Shown here piece after piece: positions 62,263 through 64,000 of a stretch of DNA of 64,000 bases. Every line of letters starts with the position of its first letter. The stretch's first letter is position 1. The notes beneath the pieces were generated by a model. The model did no database searches. It worked only from the letters and a program-made list of their open reading frames with translations, and was not told where the DNA came from. The translations under genes and the position numbers were made by a program. The DNA lies in contig OY969100.1 of NCBI GenBank assembly GCA_963697895.1, positions 1,696,001 through 1,760,000 of the forward strand, given 5' to 3'. Source of the stretch: an uncultured Methanomicrobiales archaeon. Its GTDB lineage: Archaea > Halobacteriota > Methanomicrobia > Methanomicrobiales > Methanospirillaceae.

Positions 62263-63423
62263 ATGCACCTCGATGACGACGATAAGTGCGTCCTTGCAGG
62301 GGAATACGGTGAGACCCGGCAGAAGATGATGGAGATCCTGGTCGCCCTCGGGAAGGTCTTTGGTGCAGAGCGACTGGTCAGGATCCGAAATGCACAGGTA
62401 AGCGGGGCGTCCTACAAAACGATCGGGGAATACGGGCTCGACTGGCTCCGCAGTCTCGATTCCCGGGTGGTGGTACCGACGGTGCTGAACCCGATAGGGA
62501 TGGACCGTGAACGGTGGCAGGAGATGGGCATCCCGGAAGACTTCTCCCGTAAGCAGCAGGAAGTGATCGATGCATATCAGAGGCTTGGTATACGGCTTGA
62601 GTGTACCTGCACCCCGTACGAACTGACGAGTATCCGATACGGGGAGCATCTTGCATGGTCAGAGTCATCCGCCGTGGCATACGCGAACTCGGCCATCGGC
62701 GCACGGACGAACCGTGAAGGGGGGCCCAGTGCGCTTGCTGCCGCGATAATCGGGAAAACACCCTGCTATGGTCTTCATCTGCTCGCAAACCGTCATCCGC
62801 AGTTGATCATCGATCCTCCTTCGGATTTCGATCGGGATCCGGCAAGGTACGGTGCGCTGGGGTACCTGGCAGGAAGACTTGCCGGGAACAGGATACCCTT
62901 CTTCCGGGGGATCAGGCCGGATGCCGATGCGCTTAAGGCGCTCGGTGCTGCAATGGCGGCCACCGGGGCGGTGGCACTCTTCCACGTTGAGGGAATCACG
63001 CCGGAGAGCCGTATATTCCGGTACGAGGTATCAGAACTCGAGCGGTTCAGCATCGAATCAGGAGAGATAAACCGGCTCTTCTCAACGATGCCGGTGGAAG
63101 CGGTTGCGATCGGATGTCCGCACTGTTCGCCCCGTGAACTCCACCGGCTTGCGGAACTTCTTGCCGGGAAAAGAACCACCATGCCGCTCTATATTTTTAC
63201 TGCACGCGGGGTTCGCGAACAGAATCCCGGGCTTGTCCATGCAATCGAGCGGAGTGGTGCCCGTGTCTATGCAGATACCTGCATGGTGGTCTCTCCTGCC
63301 ATGGAGCAGTACGGGGCAGTCATGGTCAACAGTGGAAAGGCACTTGCATATGTGCCCAACATGTGCGGCGCAATGGTTCGTATGGGCACGACCGAGGAGT
63401 GCATCGAGACCGCAACAACCTGA
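62263..63423 (+). CDS. Aconitase X catalytic subunit (likely phosphomevalonate dehydratase large subunit)
   Basis: CTCTPY, AWSESSA, GARTNREG, GITPE, IGCPH, DTCMVV, NSGK. Confidence 0.88.
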   Translation: MHLDDDDKCVLAGEYGETRQKMMEILVALGKVFGAERLVRIRNAQVSGASYKTIGEYGLDWLRSLDSRVVVPTVLNPIGMDRERWQEMGIPEDFSRKQQEVIDAYQRLGIRLECTCTPYELTSIRYGEHLAWSESSAVAYANSAIGARTNREGGPSALAAAIIGKTPCYGLHLLANRHPQLIIDPPSDFDRDPARYGALGYLAGRLAGNRIPFFRGIRPDADALKALGAAMAATGAVALFHVEGITPESRIFRYEVSELERFSIESGEINRLFSTMPVEAVAIGCPHCSPRELHRLAELLAGKRTTMPLYIFTARGVREQNPGLVHAIERSGARVYADTCMVVSPAMEQYGAVMVNSGKALAYVPNMCGAMVRMGTTEECIETATT

Positions 63424-63479
63424 GCAGATTGGTCTCCAAAAACCAGGAGAAAACAGGCGATCGAAGGGGATCCAGATCG

Positions 63480-64000
63480 ATGATGGTAGTCTTATCGAAC
63501 CGGCAGAAATGGCTTATTCTTGGTGTCCTTATTCTTATCGGTCTTTTAATCGAAGGATACTTCCAGTTTTATGAAGGCATCAGTGTCGTATATTCCCATT
63601 TCTTTTACATCCCGATCGTCCTGGCGGCGATCTGGTACGGGAAGAAAGCGGCCGTTCTCGGTCTTTTTTTCGGCATTTTCCATGTGACAGGAGTATTGTA
63701 CGCCACCGGTTCCCTATCCCCGGATGCTCTGGTCCGCGCAGCCATGTTCGTGATCGTGGCACTTATCGTCGGGACGGTCGCCGATATGATGAGGAAGGAA
63801 CAGAACGCGATCGTCCGGGATGCCACCGAAAAAGCACTCCGGACACGCCCGGGCATCAGGGAAGGTCTCGAAGACCTCCGGAACCGCATCGTCTCGTCGG
63901 TGAATGTCGACCGTATGAAGAAAGAACGGGACGTGCAGGGTCTCATCCGGGCATTGCACCACCCGGAAGTGAATGTCCAGTACGAAGCTGCCGAAGCGCT
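63480..64000 (+). CDS. Membrane protein with ~4 N-terminal TMs followed by a HEAT/PBS-lyase-like repeat (partial)
   Basis: Manual translation MMVVLSNRQKWLILG...YSHFFYIPIVLAAIWYG...DVQGLIRALHHPEVNVQYEAAEAL; runs off the window. Confidence 0.75.
   Translation, partial: MMVVLSNRQKWLILGVLILIGLLIEGYFQFYEGISVVYSHFFYIPIVLAAIWYGKKAAVLGLFFGIFHVTGVLYATGSLSPDALVRAAMFVIVALIVGTVADMMRKEQNAIVRDATEKALRTRPGIREGLEDLRNRIVSSVNVDRMKKERDVQGLIRALHHPEVNVQYEAAEA

Overview
Core-chromosome segment of a methanogenic archaeon, most likely Methanomicrobiales (inferred from gene content: methanogenesis markers, cofD/cofH, PolD, form III RuBisCO, HTH-PAS regulator). It holds about 55 mostly housekeeping CDSs. These include cofactor genes (thiC-like, cofH, cofD, pdxS/T, cbiB, moaB, larC), replication and repair genes (cdc6 with an adjacent ORB-bearing origin, PolD DP1, Hel308, RadB), translation and ribosome-biogenesis genes (tyrS, aspS, Rio1, KH/Dim2, Cgi121, Tsr3, Trm112, SelB-like), the atwA-mmp3-6-5-15-17-7 MCR-activation cluster, R15P isomerase-RuBisCO-dapF and UbiD/AcnX. 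I saw no rRNA, tRNA, CRISPR array or transposase. Best leads: (1) an unannotated ~250-nt structured RNA candidate with repeated C-rich motifs upstream of atwA; (2) a fused MNT-HEPN protein with both catalytic motifs lost; (3) a TudS-like [4Fe-4S] domain fused to a nucleoside deoxyribosyltransferase domain; (4) three single-base frameshifts that all sit at AGCT, suggesting a DNA-modification-linked sequencing artefact; (5) a 23-codon ORF with a strong SD. All family calls come from motif recognition by eye; no database searches were run.
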